Positions 1 to 12,304 of a DNA stretch of 64,000 bases are shown in pieces. Below the pieces are notes generated by a model. It saw only the letters and a list, made by a program, of their open reading frames with translations. It ran no database searches and had not been told where the DNA came from. The position numbers and the translations under genes were made by a program. How positions within the stretch are numbered: the first letter of the stretch is position 1; the number at the start of each line of letters is the position of its first letter. The DNA is from Mytilus edulis (lineage: Eukaryota). The stretch spans positions 94,054,001-94,118,000 of the forward strand of contig NC_092345.1 of NCBI RefSeq assembly GCF_963676685.1. The letters run 5' to 3'.

Positions 1-426
1 ATGAAGAAGAGGTGTCTTGTACATGTAATCTTGAGCATCCACATTGGCACCAGATTCTAAAAGCATTGAGGTCATTAGATTATCTCCCCTGATAGCAGCA
101 GCATGCAATGGTGTTTGTCGACGTTTATTTGAAAAACAGTTTACATTGCTGCCGGCTTCTATCAATACAGATAAGACATTAACATTGGGTGAAAACATAG
201 CAGCCCATAAAAGTGGGGTGAATCCTCCCCAGACTCGTGCATTTGGGTTAGCCCCATTCAGTAATAAACTCTGAACAACTTCAATGTTCCCATAACGGCT
301 TGCCCAGCACAAAGCAGAATCAAGAGATTCTTGGTCACATCCAATATCCAATATAGATTTCACAACAGAGTTATCTCCACTTTGTATTGCCAATATTAAG
401 TCAGCGTGGAGATCTGGATTGTGCAT
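1..426 (-). CDS. Ankyrin-repeat protein, N-terminal coding exon (continues beyond left edge)
   Basis: Manual translation from ATG at 426: MHNPDLHADLILAIQSGDNSVVKSILDIGCDQESLDSALCWASRYGNIEVVQSLLLNGANPNARVWGGFTPLLWAAMFSPNVNVLSVLIEAGSNVNCFSNKRRQTPLHAAAIRGDNLMTSMLLESGANVDAQDYMYKTPLLH, with several ankyrin motifs (TPLH/TPLL..LL..GANVN). In-frame TAG upstream; acceptor ttttcag at 497-498. Possible 5'UTR exons ~1888-2060 and one ending near 3130. Confidence 0.9.
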   Translation of the reverse strand, partial: MHNPDLHADLILAIQSGDNSVVKSILDIGCDQESLDSALCWASRYGNIEVVQSLLLNGANPNARVWGGFTPLLWAAMFSPNVNVLSVLIEAGSNVNCFSNKRRQTPLHAAAIRGDNLMTSMLLESGANVDAQDYMYKTPLLH

Positions 427-1169
427 TTTAATGTCTTTTTTAGCTGAATTTGTCTTTTTAAACTAACGCATTTCTTTCAAGAAAAACTTGTCCTTTCTGA
501 AAATATATAAAAAAGTTCAGCATACAAAGGATTATAAAAGTTACCTGTTTAATGCACTAAGGCCTTAAATTTTTAGAAAGAAATAAACCATCTCACAACT
601 TTCAATCTGAACCGCTGGTTAACTCAACCGCCAGTTACCATATCTATATAAATAGGGTGCAAACATTAATCCACCATTCTGCATCTGATGAAGGTCCTTT
701 TTGGACCGAAACCGATCAGGCTATGAAACATCACCAGGTGCTGTTAATTATGTGTATTGGTATATATATACTATATTTTTATGCTTTTACATTTTTCTCA
801 CTGATACACATAGTTAATATGGTTTCTACTAACGAAAGCTCTATTTGGAGTTAATGTGTTTAGAGACCACTTATGTCAGTACATCTTTCCTATATTGCCC
901 ATCTCACGACTTTCAGTTTTGAATTTTTAAAATGGTTGAACTACAAATGTATGAAACTATACACCAAGCTCCAGAAGAGACAAGTTTGTAGTACCCTTCA
1001 GAAATTTACATCACAGCTTAAATGGAATGCTAATTTTGCTTCCATTTATGCAAAGAAACACAATTTTCATTGAGATATATATATATAGACAAATAGCTGC
1101 TTACCAAAAACAGAGATTGATTGGTTCAATGACAAATATTACATGCAAATCAGGATAAGAACATGTTGT

Positions 1170-1490
1170 TAATAGATATAGGAAGATGTGGTATGAGTAC
1201 CAATGAGACAACTCTCTGGACATCCAAGTAACAATTTATAAAAGTAAACCATTTTAGGTCAGGGTACGGCCTTTAGTACAGAGCTTTGTCTCACACAGAA
1301 CAGCAAGCAATAAAGAGCCCCAAAAATTACTAGTGTAAAACCATTCAAACAGGAAAACCAACAGTCTAATCTATATAAAAATGAAAAATGAGAAACACTT
1401 ATGAACATCAGATTCCTGACTTAGGACAGGTGCAAACAACTGCAGAGGAGTGAAATGTTTTAATGGTACAAAACCTTCTCCCTTTTTTGC
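1170..1490 (+). repeat. Dispersed repeat (AGATGTGGTATGAGT.CCAATGAGACAACTCTC family)
   Basis: Same motif recurs near 19080, near 30980 and, reversed, at 25110-25170; boundaries approximate. Confidence 0.6.
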
Positions 1491-2771
1491 TGTTTTGTTC
1501 TAGATGGTAGACCAACATTGCTTAGCCTGATTTTTAAATGTTCTTGTTCACATATAGTAACAGTTTCCAGAAAGACAGTTCATGATCATCCAACCCAAAT
1601 TATGAAAAGGCCAATCTGTGTTGTGTACTTTGCTAAAATGAGGCAAATACCAATACATTGTACTCAGGATTTTGGTTTGACCTGGACTTGAATTGCAGTA
1701 ACGACCCTTCACAATTTTACTGCAGCAAGCATGTAATTACGAGAACAAACTTACCCAAAATTTGCATTTATATATCAGGAACAATGTAAATACATCACGA
1801 AAAAGAACTGATTTTTGAACTCCCATAGGTTTTTTGAAAGATGAAAAGTTGGATGCCAAATGAATATGATTTGCATTTTTAAATTACCTCAATACATCTC
1901 TGAATATCTTCCTTCCTTTCTAAGGTTTTATTTTTCTCGAACTCTGAACGAATTCTTTGGAAATAGTAATCTTTGTCAGTAAACTGAAGTGATCTCCCCT
2001 TCCTGAGTAATTTTCTGTACAGAGAAATAACTTGTATAGATCTACATTGGATCATTTTATCTGAAATGTAAACATAGAAAGTAATTGATTGATTACCGAT
2101 TGTTAATCACCACATCAGCACAAAAAGTCTATGGTAAGTAATAGTTTCTTTAATATTCTGTACAAATAACAGTGTTCAAAGGAAACAAACAGTAAACTAC
2201 ACGTACATGTACATATACTAATCAATAAAGCAGCAGACTCACTGAGGGAATGGCAAGTTCATGGGACAACAAAATCAAAACAAGGAAAGTTGAAAAGTGC
2301 ATGGTCAGGAAAATGTCTTATTTAGAATGAAAATATATTGATATTAATACATTTTTTTTTTATCCGCTTGCTTTTACATCTAACCAGGATATAAACTATG
2401 ATTAACAGTAATGATTAAAAGTTAATTATATTATTTTATGAATTGAACTTTTTGTTTAAAATGCATGAAATCATCATATTTGGGTTTGAAATTCAGTATT
2501 CATAACACTTTAACATGGTAGAGTGCTATTGATTTTGTGGTATTGCTCTATCAGTTAAAATTCTGTTCGATTTAGTTCAAGTCAATGTACGAGTAAATTT
2601 TGTATACACTTTACAATGATAGACTGATAGTGGTGGAAGTGATGAAGTGTGCCTTTACTAGTTTATACAGATTATGAGATTATGTAATATAGCCTTCGAC
2701 TATGTGCCAGAATGGCAAAAGCCAAAATAATTTTTAACATTAATGATTTAGGCTTTGAATTTTAAAATGAG

Positions 2772-2927
2772 CAGGGGCGGATGCAGGAATTTTCGAAAGG
2801 GGGGGTGCTAACCCAGGGCAAAGGGGGACGCAAAACATATGTCCCGATACAAATGCATTGATCGGCAAAAATAAAGGGGGGGTGCGCACCCCCGGAACCC
2901 CCCCCCCCCCCCCTGGATCCGCCACTG
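2772..2927. mobile_element. 156-bp GC-rich MITE
   Basis: TIRs CAGGGGCGGATGCAGG / CCTGGATCCGCCACTG; 5-bp direct repeat ATGAG on both sides (2767-2771, 2928-2932). Confidence 0.85.
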
Positions 2928-4186
2928 ATGAGAATAACAAAATCTGATATATATATACAAAATGCATACATTAGTTCTATATTGGCGCTGTCATGCCTTA
3001 AATATTAGCACTGTCATGCCTTAATTCTTTTCCAGGTGCATAGGTTTGTCTTTTACGCACAAGATTTTCTTGAAGATAAAGTGTGATGTTAGTTTACCCG
3101 TTTAGATGGCCATGTAACTGCAAACTTACCTTCCATACATTGCTGATAAGTGCACGAATAAAGAATGTAAACAAGGATATAGAAAAAAACATATATAGAT
3201 ACTTGATCCTAATAAATTAGCAACCTTTTGATGATGTAACTCGACCCTTGACCTTGTTTATAAAATTGGTATGCTTCCCTCGATGTCGATTTTATTGGCA
3301 GAACCTGTAGATGTTATGGTCTGAACAGGAAACCAGTAAACACATACAAGAAAATATGACAAATTGAGTCTAGACAGGACCGTACTAGTCTCTGATATAA
3401 CGCTAACCAGAATTCCTTGAAATTGTATGATCTAGTAGTATTTGTTATTCCTTAGTTTTTATTTTGTGTGTATGTTTTCCCTAATTAACTTTAAATTTTA
3501 CTTATATAAATGACTATAGCTGTATAAACTATTTAAAACCAGGGATATATTATATCTGGTACATATCGATCTCTGGTCTCCGATTAAACAAATAAAAAAA
3601 AGTGTTATAATTATTTTTTAAGATATAAATGTACATAACAACAAAAATATGTATAAAAAACTCTCTCTTTTAATTCAATATAAATGTATGGCTGAAACAA
3701 CTAGTATTACATGACCCACGAAATGGTACGTGACATGTTCCTGCGAAACTACCAAGTACGATATGACCAAGACCAAATGGGCTACATGTCCGAAACGTCT
3801 TATTTGCTAAAATAAATTGCAATGGGATGTCCTTTTTACTAGGCAGTAGTATTCGCAATGGTATAACATTTTTTTTTCATTTAGATAAACTTGGTACTGC
3901 AGCTATTCAAGTTACAGTGATTTGCTCATGACACACGTATATAAGTATTTTTCAAAGACACATGCCTGAGGTTCTATAAATTTTAACTAGTCTTCTGTCT
4001 TTTTGGTATGGTCATAGATCAATGATCAGTAAATCAAATACACAGAAATATTGGTCGAAATATAGATATTCAGATGTATTTCGAAAGTGGTGTATACATG
4101 GCGTGTATATAAATATATGTCTCTGCATGTTTATATATATAATAAACCTAATTTACCATTTGTTACATATAGTTTCCTTACACTGC

Positions 4187-4882
4187 TTTTTTGTCGAGCC
4201 TGTGACTTTTGTCGCTAAAGCGAGACAGAACTATCCCACATTCCGTCGTCGTCAGCGGTGGTGGCGGCGACAGCAACGTCAACAAATGTTCACTCTGTGG
4301 TTCAAGTTTTTAAATTTTTAATGACTTTTTTTTTTAAATATCCTGGATTTGTACCAAACTTGGACAGAAGCTTGTTTATGATCATAATATGTTGTATTCA
4401 AAAGGAAATTTTGTATAAAAAAAAATCCTGTTTAAATTTATCCGTATTTTACTTATAACCGGACTTAGTTTTTCTGTCACTTAACATTACATTCAATCTG
4501 TGATTTAAGTTTTAATTTTTTAATAATTTTCTTAAGCTTTACTGGATTTGTAGCGAACATGGACAGAAACTAGTTTATGATCAAAAGCTAGTATCTAGAA
4601 GGAAATTTTGTAAAAAACACCAAATCATTTTACTAATAAATGGACAGTTCCAGTTAACATTACATACAGTCTGCATGCAGTTAAAGTTTTTAAAACATTT
4701 ACCAGGGTATTAGATTCAAAAACCGTCCTGGATTTTACCAAACTTGGACAAAAGCATCTAACAATCAACATATATTATCTAAAGAATATTTTTTTATAAT
4801 TTTTATAATGTATTCCCCATTTCTGTTGACCCTGCGACTTACAACAAAAGGAGGCGAGATACTGGGTTCCACGGAACCCTTA
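4187..4882 (+). mobile_element. Non-autonomous Helentron/pearl-like element (HINE)
   Basis: TTTTTGTCGAGCC start, (CGT/GGC)n microsatellite, diverged internal repeats (CTTGGACAGAA..TTTATGATCA), 3' hairpin GGGTTCCACGGAACCC. Confidence 0.6.
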
Positions 4883-5970
4883 CGAATTTTTGCCTTCATT
4901 AATTTACGAAAGTCTTATATTGAGTATCAGAAAGGAATAAAATTGAGAATGGAAATGGGGAATTTGTCAGAGAGACAACAATTCGAACCAAAGAGCAGAC
5001 AACAGCCCGGTAGGCCACGAATGGGTCTTCAATGTCAGCTTGCTACTTATCTCATATTTCTCTGAATCTACTGTCATCTGCCGAGTATTATAAAATTGGC
5101 TGGACCACTTTTTTTAATATTATTTTGAAAAGACCGTGGAAAAAAGTGTAGTCACATATCCTAATATACTGATACTTAACAATGTTTTCCCTTGCAGATC
5201 TAAATAAATTATATAAATGTCTCTTACCGCCTAGCTTTGTCCGTACGCATTTTATAGTAACGTCATAAATCGTAATACGGGAAATACTATAGTTATCATG
5301 GGCGTTACACATTTGCGCTATTTACAGAAGCCCATTTTAGGACCTTCCATAAATATAATTTGAATTCGAAACCACGATTTAAATTCGTTATCATGATTGT
5401 ATAATTTGTTATAACAAATTAAATTTGTGATAACGAATTGGTGGAAATCGTTATACCAGATTTTGTTATTCGTTATCACATTTTTTTTGTAATTTAGGAT
5501 AGCGAATTAAAATCGTTATAACGAATTGCATAATTGGTTTGTTGACGGCTGCATATAATCTTTCTCCAAATAACAGCAGTCGTAGTTTTTGTCGCTTCCT
5601 TAAACTTATCAGTTTTCTCTTGACTTGACATGGGTATACACAGAAAGTAGGGAAGGTTTCTAAACAGATCTAGAAGCCACTGTTGATGATCATTCGGACT
5701 ACCAGTGACTGGCCATTCACGTGCTTTCATCAGACATTGTGATTAAGCTTTTGATGATGTGTTCGGCTGCATTGCCCTTGTATAATGTTCTGTACTTCAA
5801 TGTCCTGTCCAATCTCATCAAAAAGATTTTAAAAGATTCTTTAAAATCTAATTCTCCTTTATTGTAGGATTTATTAAATCAGCAGGTTTTTTATCAGTAT
5901 ATATACACCACAAAGCTTTAATTGACTCAGCTGCAATATGACTGACTTTATCGGTATAAAACATGCTATT

Positions 5971-6605
5971 TGTGCTGTCTCCGTTGTTAAACGTGCTGAC
6001 CGTACTGTGAATTACCTGAGCATTTGGAGTTGTCTCCCATTTACTTACTTTCGTTTTTGTTTACATCATGGACACCGCATGGAAATTTGTTGCTATATGT
6101 CAGCACAGTGTAAGTAATATACGACATCATACATTTATTTGAACTTCTCTTATATGGACAACATCGGTCATATGCATAATCGGTATAAATTATGCTTCCA
6201 ATGGACCAGGCAACCGAAATGCTACCGTTCAGCAGCCGACCTACTTTGAACCTACGAAAACTTACCACAAACTATTACCGGAGCATACTTACCTTATAAA
6301 CAGTTCTACACATTGATTTATCATACTTACCTGAACTATTTACCCGATTTTTTGTGAAATATTGTGACACAGTGGAACTCTGTTGAAAAAACAATCTATG
6401 GAACGCCAATTTAACACTAACAGTTTACAAAATATAGACATTTGCTTGATTGTGTGTTTTATAAATGAAAACGAGTATTTTATGTTTACTTATGATGTTC
6501 TTTTTATATTTTGTAGCTTTTTACCATAAAGTTTGAGGAATAAAGCATTTAAACTCAACTGGTTAGCTTACTGTTATTGCAAGCGACTTTGTGACAGACA
6601 GTACA
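5971..6605 (+). repeat. BEL 5' LTR
   Basis: Matches 13573-14207 except one visible C/T difference (6345 vs 13947). Confidence 0.96.
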
Positions 6606-6704
6606 GTAAAAAGACTTTTACACATATAACAAGGAACCAGGTCAGGAATACTATACAGGAAGGGACTATTTGTCAAGCCTACACAGTATTTTTGGAAAAT
6701 CAAA

Positions 6705-8525
6705 ATGGCGGATTCAGGAGACAAAAACACTAAAAGAGATAGGACGTTAACAGACAAAGGAGAAGACTTACATCAGTCTAATAAAGCTGCATATTTATCA
6801 AAACTACAAAAACTGTGGACCAATATCGAAGCATTGATTTCTGATATAGAAAACCAAACAACGCTTGAATCATTACGTGTTTTAAACGATAAATTAAATT
6901 CCATATATGTCAAATATACAGCCACCTCACAAGAATATACAAACTTTTTAGTACGTACAAAAACTAACGAGAGTCAAAAGGAAGCTGAATACCTGATGGA
7001 TGTCATCAAATCTCACAATATGGTAATAGACAGTGCTCGTAATATTCACGAAAACTAAAACATTCACTTTGCAATCAAAAGCATCCTCGCATAGATCAGG
7101 TAGGAGCAGTGCTAATTCAAAGAGAAGTTCCATTTTAGTTCAAAAACGTGCGGAACTTGAGGCATCAAAGACAAAATTAAAGTTTGCCGAAGAAGAGGCA
7201 AAGATACACAAACAAAAGGCTATGATTGAGGAACAGCAGGAGTTATCAAATGCTAAAGTGTCTAGACAAAAAGCAGAGTTACAGGTTGACTTAAATATGC
7301 TTGTTCAAAAGAAGGAAACCGAAGCAGCCAAAGTCGAGCTGGAAGTTTACGAGGCTGAAGAAGAAGTTCGTAGTGGTCTAGCACTTAGTGAGTACGATGT
7401 CAACCAAGATATTAATGTTGTTGAACGTACGAATAAATTTGTTGAGGAGCAAGTGAAAAATACTGTAAATCAGCCTACAGAAAGAGAGGATTTAGTCACA
7501 CCTATTCAAAGACAGTATCCTGACTTCGTACCAACTCCACGTAATTTGATGCATACTGCTCGTGTTCCACCTGCAAACACAGAACAATCAATCACTTCAG
7601 AGTTTACCAGATTCTTACTCAAGAAGGATCTACTACTGACCCGTCTCAGAAGTTTTAACGACAGACCAGAATTTTACACACTATGGAAGTCTACATTTCT
7701 TAGTATTATGCAAGAGCTAAGTGTTAACACCAGTGAGGAACTAGATCTTTTGATAAAGTGGTTAGGACCGGAATCCAGTAAAAATGCAACAAGTATTAGA
7801 GCTTCAAATCACAGTGATCCACAAAGAGGACTCAAAAGAATCTGGGAGCGCTTAGACGAAAGATATGGGAGTCCAGAATTAGTAGAAGCTACACTAAAGT
7901 CTAAATTGAAGAACTTTCCTAAACTAACAAACAAAGACCATAAAAAACTTTATGAATTAGCAGATATTTTGGGTGAAATTGAATCTACTAAATGCAATGA
8001 AAAGTACAGCTCATCATTAGCTTACTTCGATTCTTCTACAGGAGTTCTGCCAATCGTTAACAAGCTTCCTTATGGGATTCAAGAGAAGTGGACCAATCAT
8101 GCAGTGATATAAATAAAAAGAAGAATGAAGTCACCTTTCCACCTTTCTCTGTATTTGTGGAATTCATCAGAGACATGAGCAGGATTAAAAATGACCCTTC
8201 TTTCTTCTACGAGACGACAAATCAGCATGATAAAACAAGTAGGACGTTGCCAAGGAGCACAGCTGACAGGTCCTTTATTTCAACTAGAAAAACAGATGTC
8301 TTACCGAACTCAGATTTGAATAACAACAGTATTGAGAAGAAATGCTCATTTCATAAAACGGGCGGTCATACACTGAACAATTGTCGGGCATTTAAAGCCA
8401 TGTCTATAAGTGAACGTAGGAAGCTATTAAAGGAGAACGGGATATGTTTCAGGTGCTGTGGCACGAGCAACCACATGAAGAAAGATTGTAAGGAGAGTAT
8501 AAAATGCTCAGACTGTGGAAGTTAA
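6705..8525 (+). pseudogene. gag: BEL gag, broken by two frameshifts (~7050, ~8105) and a TAA at 8523
   Basis: ORFs 6705-7058, 7033-8112, 8088-8525; coiled-coil N-terminus, FNDRPEFY..WKSTF..LDLLIKWLG..ERYG capsid-like region, three Cys/His knuckles (CSFH..H..C; CFRCC..H..C; CSDCGS*RH..LH). Confidence 0.9.
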
Positions 8526-8564
8526 AGACACGCAACAGCATTACATATAGAAAAAGGAACACAA

Positions 8565-11530
8565 TTGTCTTCTCCTGTTTCCAATCACGAAGGGGAGATT
8601 GAAAAAACAGATGTGTCATCCAGATGTACGCAAATATGTGGTGAGGGTTTCAGTGGGAAATCGTGTGCAAAGACATTGCTCGTAGATGTTTACCCAGATG
8701 GTAAGCCAGAAAATGCTATAAGGACATATGCAATTCTAGACGACCAAAGTAACAGGTCGCTAGCCAGGTCTACATTTTTTGACATTTTCGGATTGAACGG
8801 AAGTTCTATGGAATACACTTTATCTACATGTTCAGGAAGTACTGTCAACACAGGAAGGAGAGCTTGTAACTTTATTGTGGAGTCATTAGATAGACAATCA
8901 AAGTTAGAACTCCCAACATTGATAGAATGCAACCAAATACCTGATCAGAAGGACGAAATTGCTACAAAGGAGGTAGCACAGTCATACGCTCATTTACATG
9001 ACATTTGTGGATTTATTCCGAGTTTGGATGAAACTGCATCAACCCTTCTGTTGATTGGAAGGGATTTACCAGAGGCGTATCACGTGTTTGATCAACGCAT
9101 TGGTCATAGGAAATCTCCATACGCCCAGAAATTACCATTAGGATGGGTAATTGTTGGAGAGGCATGCTTGGGGAAAGTGCATGCTCCAGAAGTAGTAAAT
9201 GTCAACAAAACATTCGTATCTGGAACCAGCAGGGAGTCGATCTTCAAGGCTTGTCCAAACAACATTAAAGTTATGGAAGAAACACCAAGCGACCTCGTTT
9301 TAAACGACCAAGATGATTCATTTGGAATGACCATATTTGAAAGAACAAAGGAAGACAACGAAACAGGAACGTCAGTAGAAGACAGAACGTTTTTGGAAAT
9401 AATGAACAAAGATATGCACAAGGATAAGAACGATCATTGGATAGCACCACTTCCTTTTCGATCTCCACGACCTGTTTTACAGAATAATCGTGCACATGCT
9501 TTATTCAGAGCAAGAAACCTAGATAGAACACTACAAAGGGACGTTCTTAAGAAATACCAGTTCACTGAATTCATGCAAGGAATACTAGAACAAGGACATG
9601 CAGAGTTAGCGCCACCTGTAACAGAACACGAAGAGTGCTGGTATCTTCCAGTTTTTGGTGTATATCACCCGAGAAAAAAGGACAAGGTGCGCATAGTTTT
9701 TGATTCTTCATCGAAGTACAAGGGGATATCATTGAACGATGTACTCCTCACAGGTCCGGATCTTACAAACAACTTGTTGGGTGTACTTCTTCGCTTTAGA
9801 AAGGAGCCTATTGCCATTACTGCAGATATACAGCAAATGTTTTATTGCTTCCGAGTGACAGAGACACATAGAAATTTCTTACGATTCATATGGTACAAGG
9901 ATAATGATCCCAATCAGGAACTTATAGACTATCGAATGACGGTACATGTGTTCGGCAATTCGCCATCGCCAGCAGTTGCCACGTTTGGGCTGAGAAGAAC
10001 TGCTGAGATCTCCGAAACTGAATTTGGGAAAGATGTTAAAGATTATGTCGTTCGGAACTTCTACGTAGACGACGGGTTAAATTCACTACCAAATAGTTCT
10101 CAGGCTATTGACCTCATGAGGCGAACACAAGAGGCGCTCAAGACGAACGGCGATCTGAGGTTGCATAAAATTGCCTCAAACGACGTCACAGTTATGTCTG
10201 CATTCTCTAATGATGACTTAGCTAAAGATTTGAAGGACATTAAATTAGAACCGGAAAACTTACCTGTACAAAGAAGTCTAGGCCTATGCTGGAATCTGGC
10301 CTCTGATACATTCACGTTTGATGTATCAACCGATGAAAAACCCTACACGAGACGAGGAATATTATCTGTTGTGAACAGCTTGTTTGATCCTATAGGATTT
10401 TTGGCACCAATAACGGTACAAGGGAAAATGTTTCTGCGTAAGCTTATTTCAGGAACTAAGGATTGGGATGAGCCGTTACCGGAAGAACATCGTACAGAGT
10501 GGGAAACATGGCGAGACTCATTAAAAGATCTCCGATGTTTACAAATTCCGCGTACATATGCAACGGAAGGATTGTCAGCAGCTGTAAAGAAAGAGCTACA
10601 CATTTTTTGCGACGCATCTGAACAAGTTATAGCTGCAGTTGCTTATTTGAGAACAGAGTCTAGTAGTGCAGTCACGGAAGTCAAGTTTGTCATTGGAAAG
10701 GCTAAAGTGTCACCGATACACAGCCATACTATTATCCGCCTAGAATTGTGCGCGGCTGTTCTAGCGACTGAACTGTATGCAATAATTAAGAATCAGCTAG
10801 ACACATATATCGACAAAGCTGTATTCTATTCGGATAGTAAAGTGGTATTGGGATATATCCACAACCAAAGTAGAAGATTTTTCAAGTACGTCAGTAATAG
10901 AGTGGAACGGATCAGGAGTGTGTCGGCGCCTGATCAATGGACTTATATTCGCACGGACTTAAACCCTGCAGACTATGCTACTAGGCCTTCACATGCCTCG
11001 CAGATCAAGAACAGTTCCTGGCTGATTGGACCAGATTTTTTGACTAGGAAGGATTTAGATAAAGGAACTTCATCACAGCACATTATACCAGACTTTCCGT
11101 TGGAAAATACAGACACTGATAAAGAGATAAGACCATTAGTTACAGTTAGCAAAACGAATGTAAATGACATTGCAAAACTAGGATCGAATCGCTTCGAAAG
11201 ATTTTCATCATGGATGGCATTAGTCAGAGCAATCGCAAGACTGAAGCACTTTCTTTCAACCGTTTTCTCAGGAACCTTTCATGGATGGCATAGTTGTGTA
11301 GACTGCAAATCCGTTCATAACTTTGAAGAAGCTCAGAAATTCATTATCCGTGTCGTTCAACGTGAAGCATACGATAGTGAACTTTCTTGTCTAAAGGAAA
11401 ATTTGTGTGTGTCTAAGACCAGTTCAATACTTACCTTGAATCCTGTTCTTGACAATGATGGATTACTTCGTGTAGGAGGCAGACTGAGTAGGGCTGATAT
11501 CAGTTCTAATGAAAAGAATCCCATTATTAT
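8565..11530 (+). pseudogene. pol: BEL pol: protease, RT, RNase H (interrupted by insertion at 11531)
   Basis: AILDDQSNRS protease, RIVFDSS / ADIQQMF / FGNSPSP / YVDD RT, FCDAS / RLELCAA / YSDS RNase H, NPAD motif. Confidence 0.93.
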
Positions 11531-12304
11531 CAGTCAGGGGACTTACTGAAATAGGTGATTTTTAAATCACTTATTTGAGTAGCAAAATCGTGGTTTTGTC
11601 ACAAATTGGAATTTTGTATTTTTTTCCAAATTTTAAACACATAGGTTTAAATAATATCTTTTAATTAGTAAAATTTTAAAAAAATAAACTTTTTGCTTCT
11701 TTAAAGTAGAAAGGTTTCTGCCTTTGATGCTATCATTTAGCTGAAAATTCTATTTTAGTTGAAAAAATGCTATAATAATGGCTTTACATAATGAACTGAT
11801 ACTTTCTTAAAAGATTTTTCCCAGCAGTGGGAGTATTTTTCCTGTGAAGTTCAAGGTTTCATCTTTCAGATGATGTAATAACATTCTACTGTTCGCGATA
11901 AAAATCTCACTGTTCGGGGGTGTTGAAATTAGTAGGGATTATTAAAAGAATGATACTTAAAGAAGTGATTTTTGGGAAGGAAATTGAGGTCTGATACTTA
12001 AACAAGTGATTTTTATGTCATTATCCTAGATTCAGTACAAGGTCATCACCTGAAATGACCTGGTCATCCTAGACAACACAGATGTTGGTTCTGATAAGTT
12101 TAGAAACATAATTAGTCCCTGGATCATTAGTATTCTATATTTAAAGCTACAGTAAAATTAAATCACTTCTTCTAGTGATTAATTTGTACTACTTAAATAG
12201 GTGATTATTAAAGAAAGACAACTCTAACTTCCAACCTTTATGGAAATAATGTTACTTAAATCAGTGATTTAGAAAATCACTTATTTAAGTAAGTCCCCTG
12301 ACTG
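11531..12304. mobile_element. 774-bp non-autonomous DNA transposon nested in BEL pol
   Basis: ~40-bp TIRs CAGTCAGGGGACTTACT.AAATA.GTGATTTT; ATTAT on both flanks; removing the element and one ATTAT restores the frame EKNPIIIPGKHYLATLIVRYCHELVFHQG. Confidence 0.93.

Noticed and set aside
44-274. + strand 76-aa ORF
   Set aside because: Antisense shadow of the ankyrin-repeat exon.
5494-5730. 78-aa minus ORF next to the BEL insertion
   Set aside because: No recognisable motif or consistent splice context; cannot support it as coding.
6041-6268. Identical 75-aa ORFs at 6041 and 13643
   Set aside because: Duplicated only because they lie in the two LTRs; no domain features.
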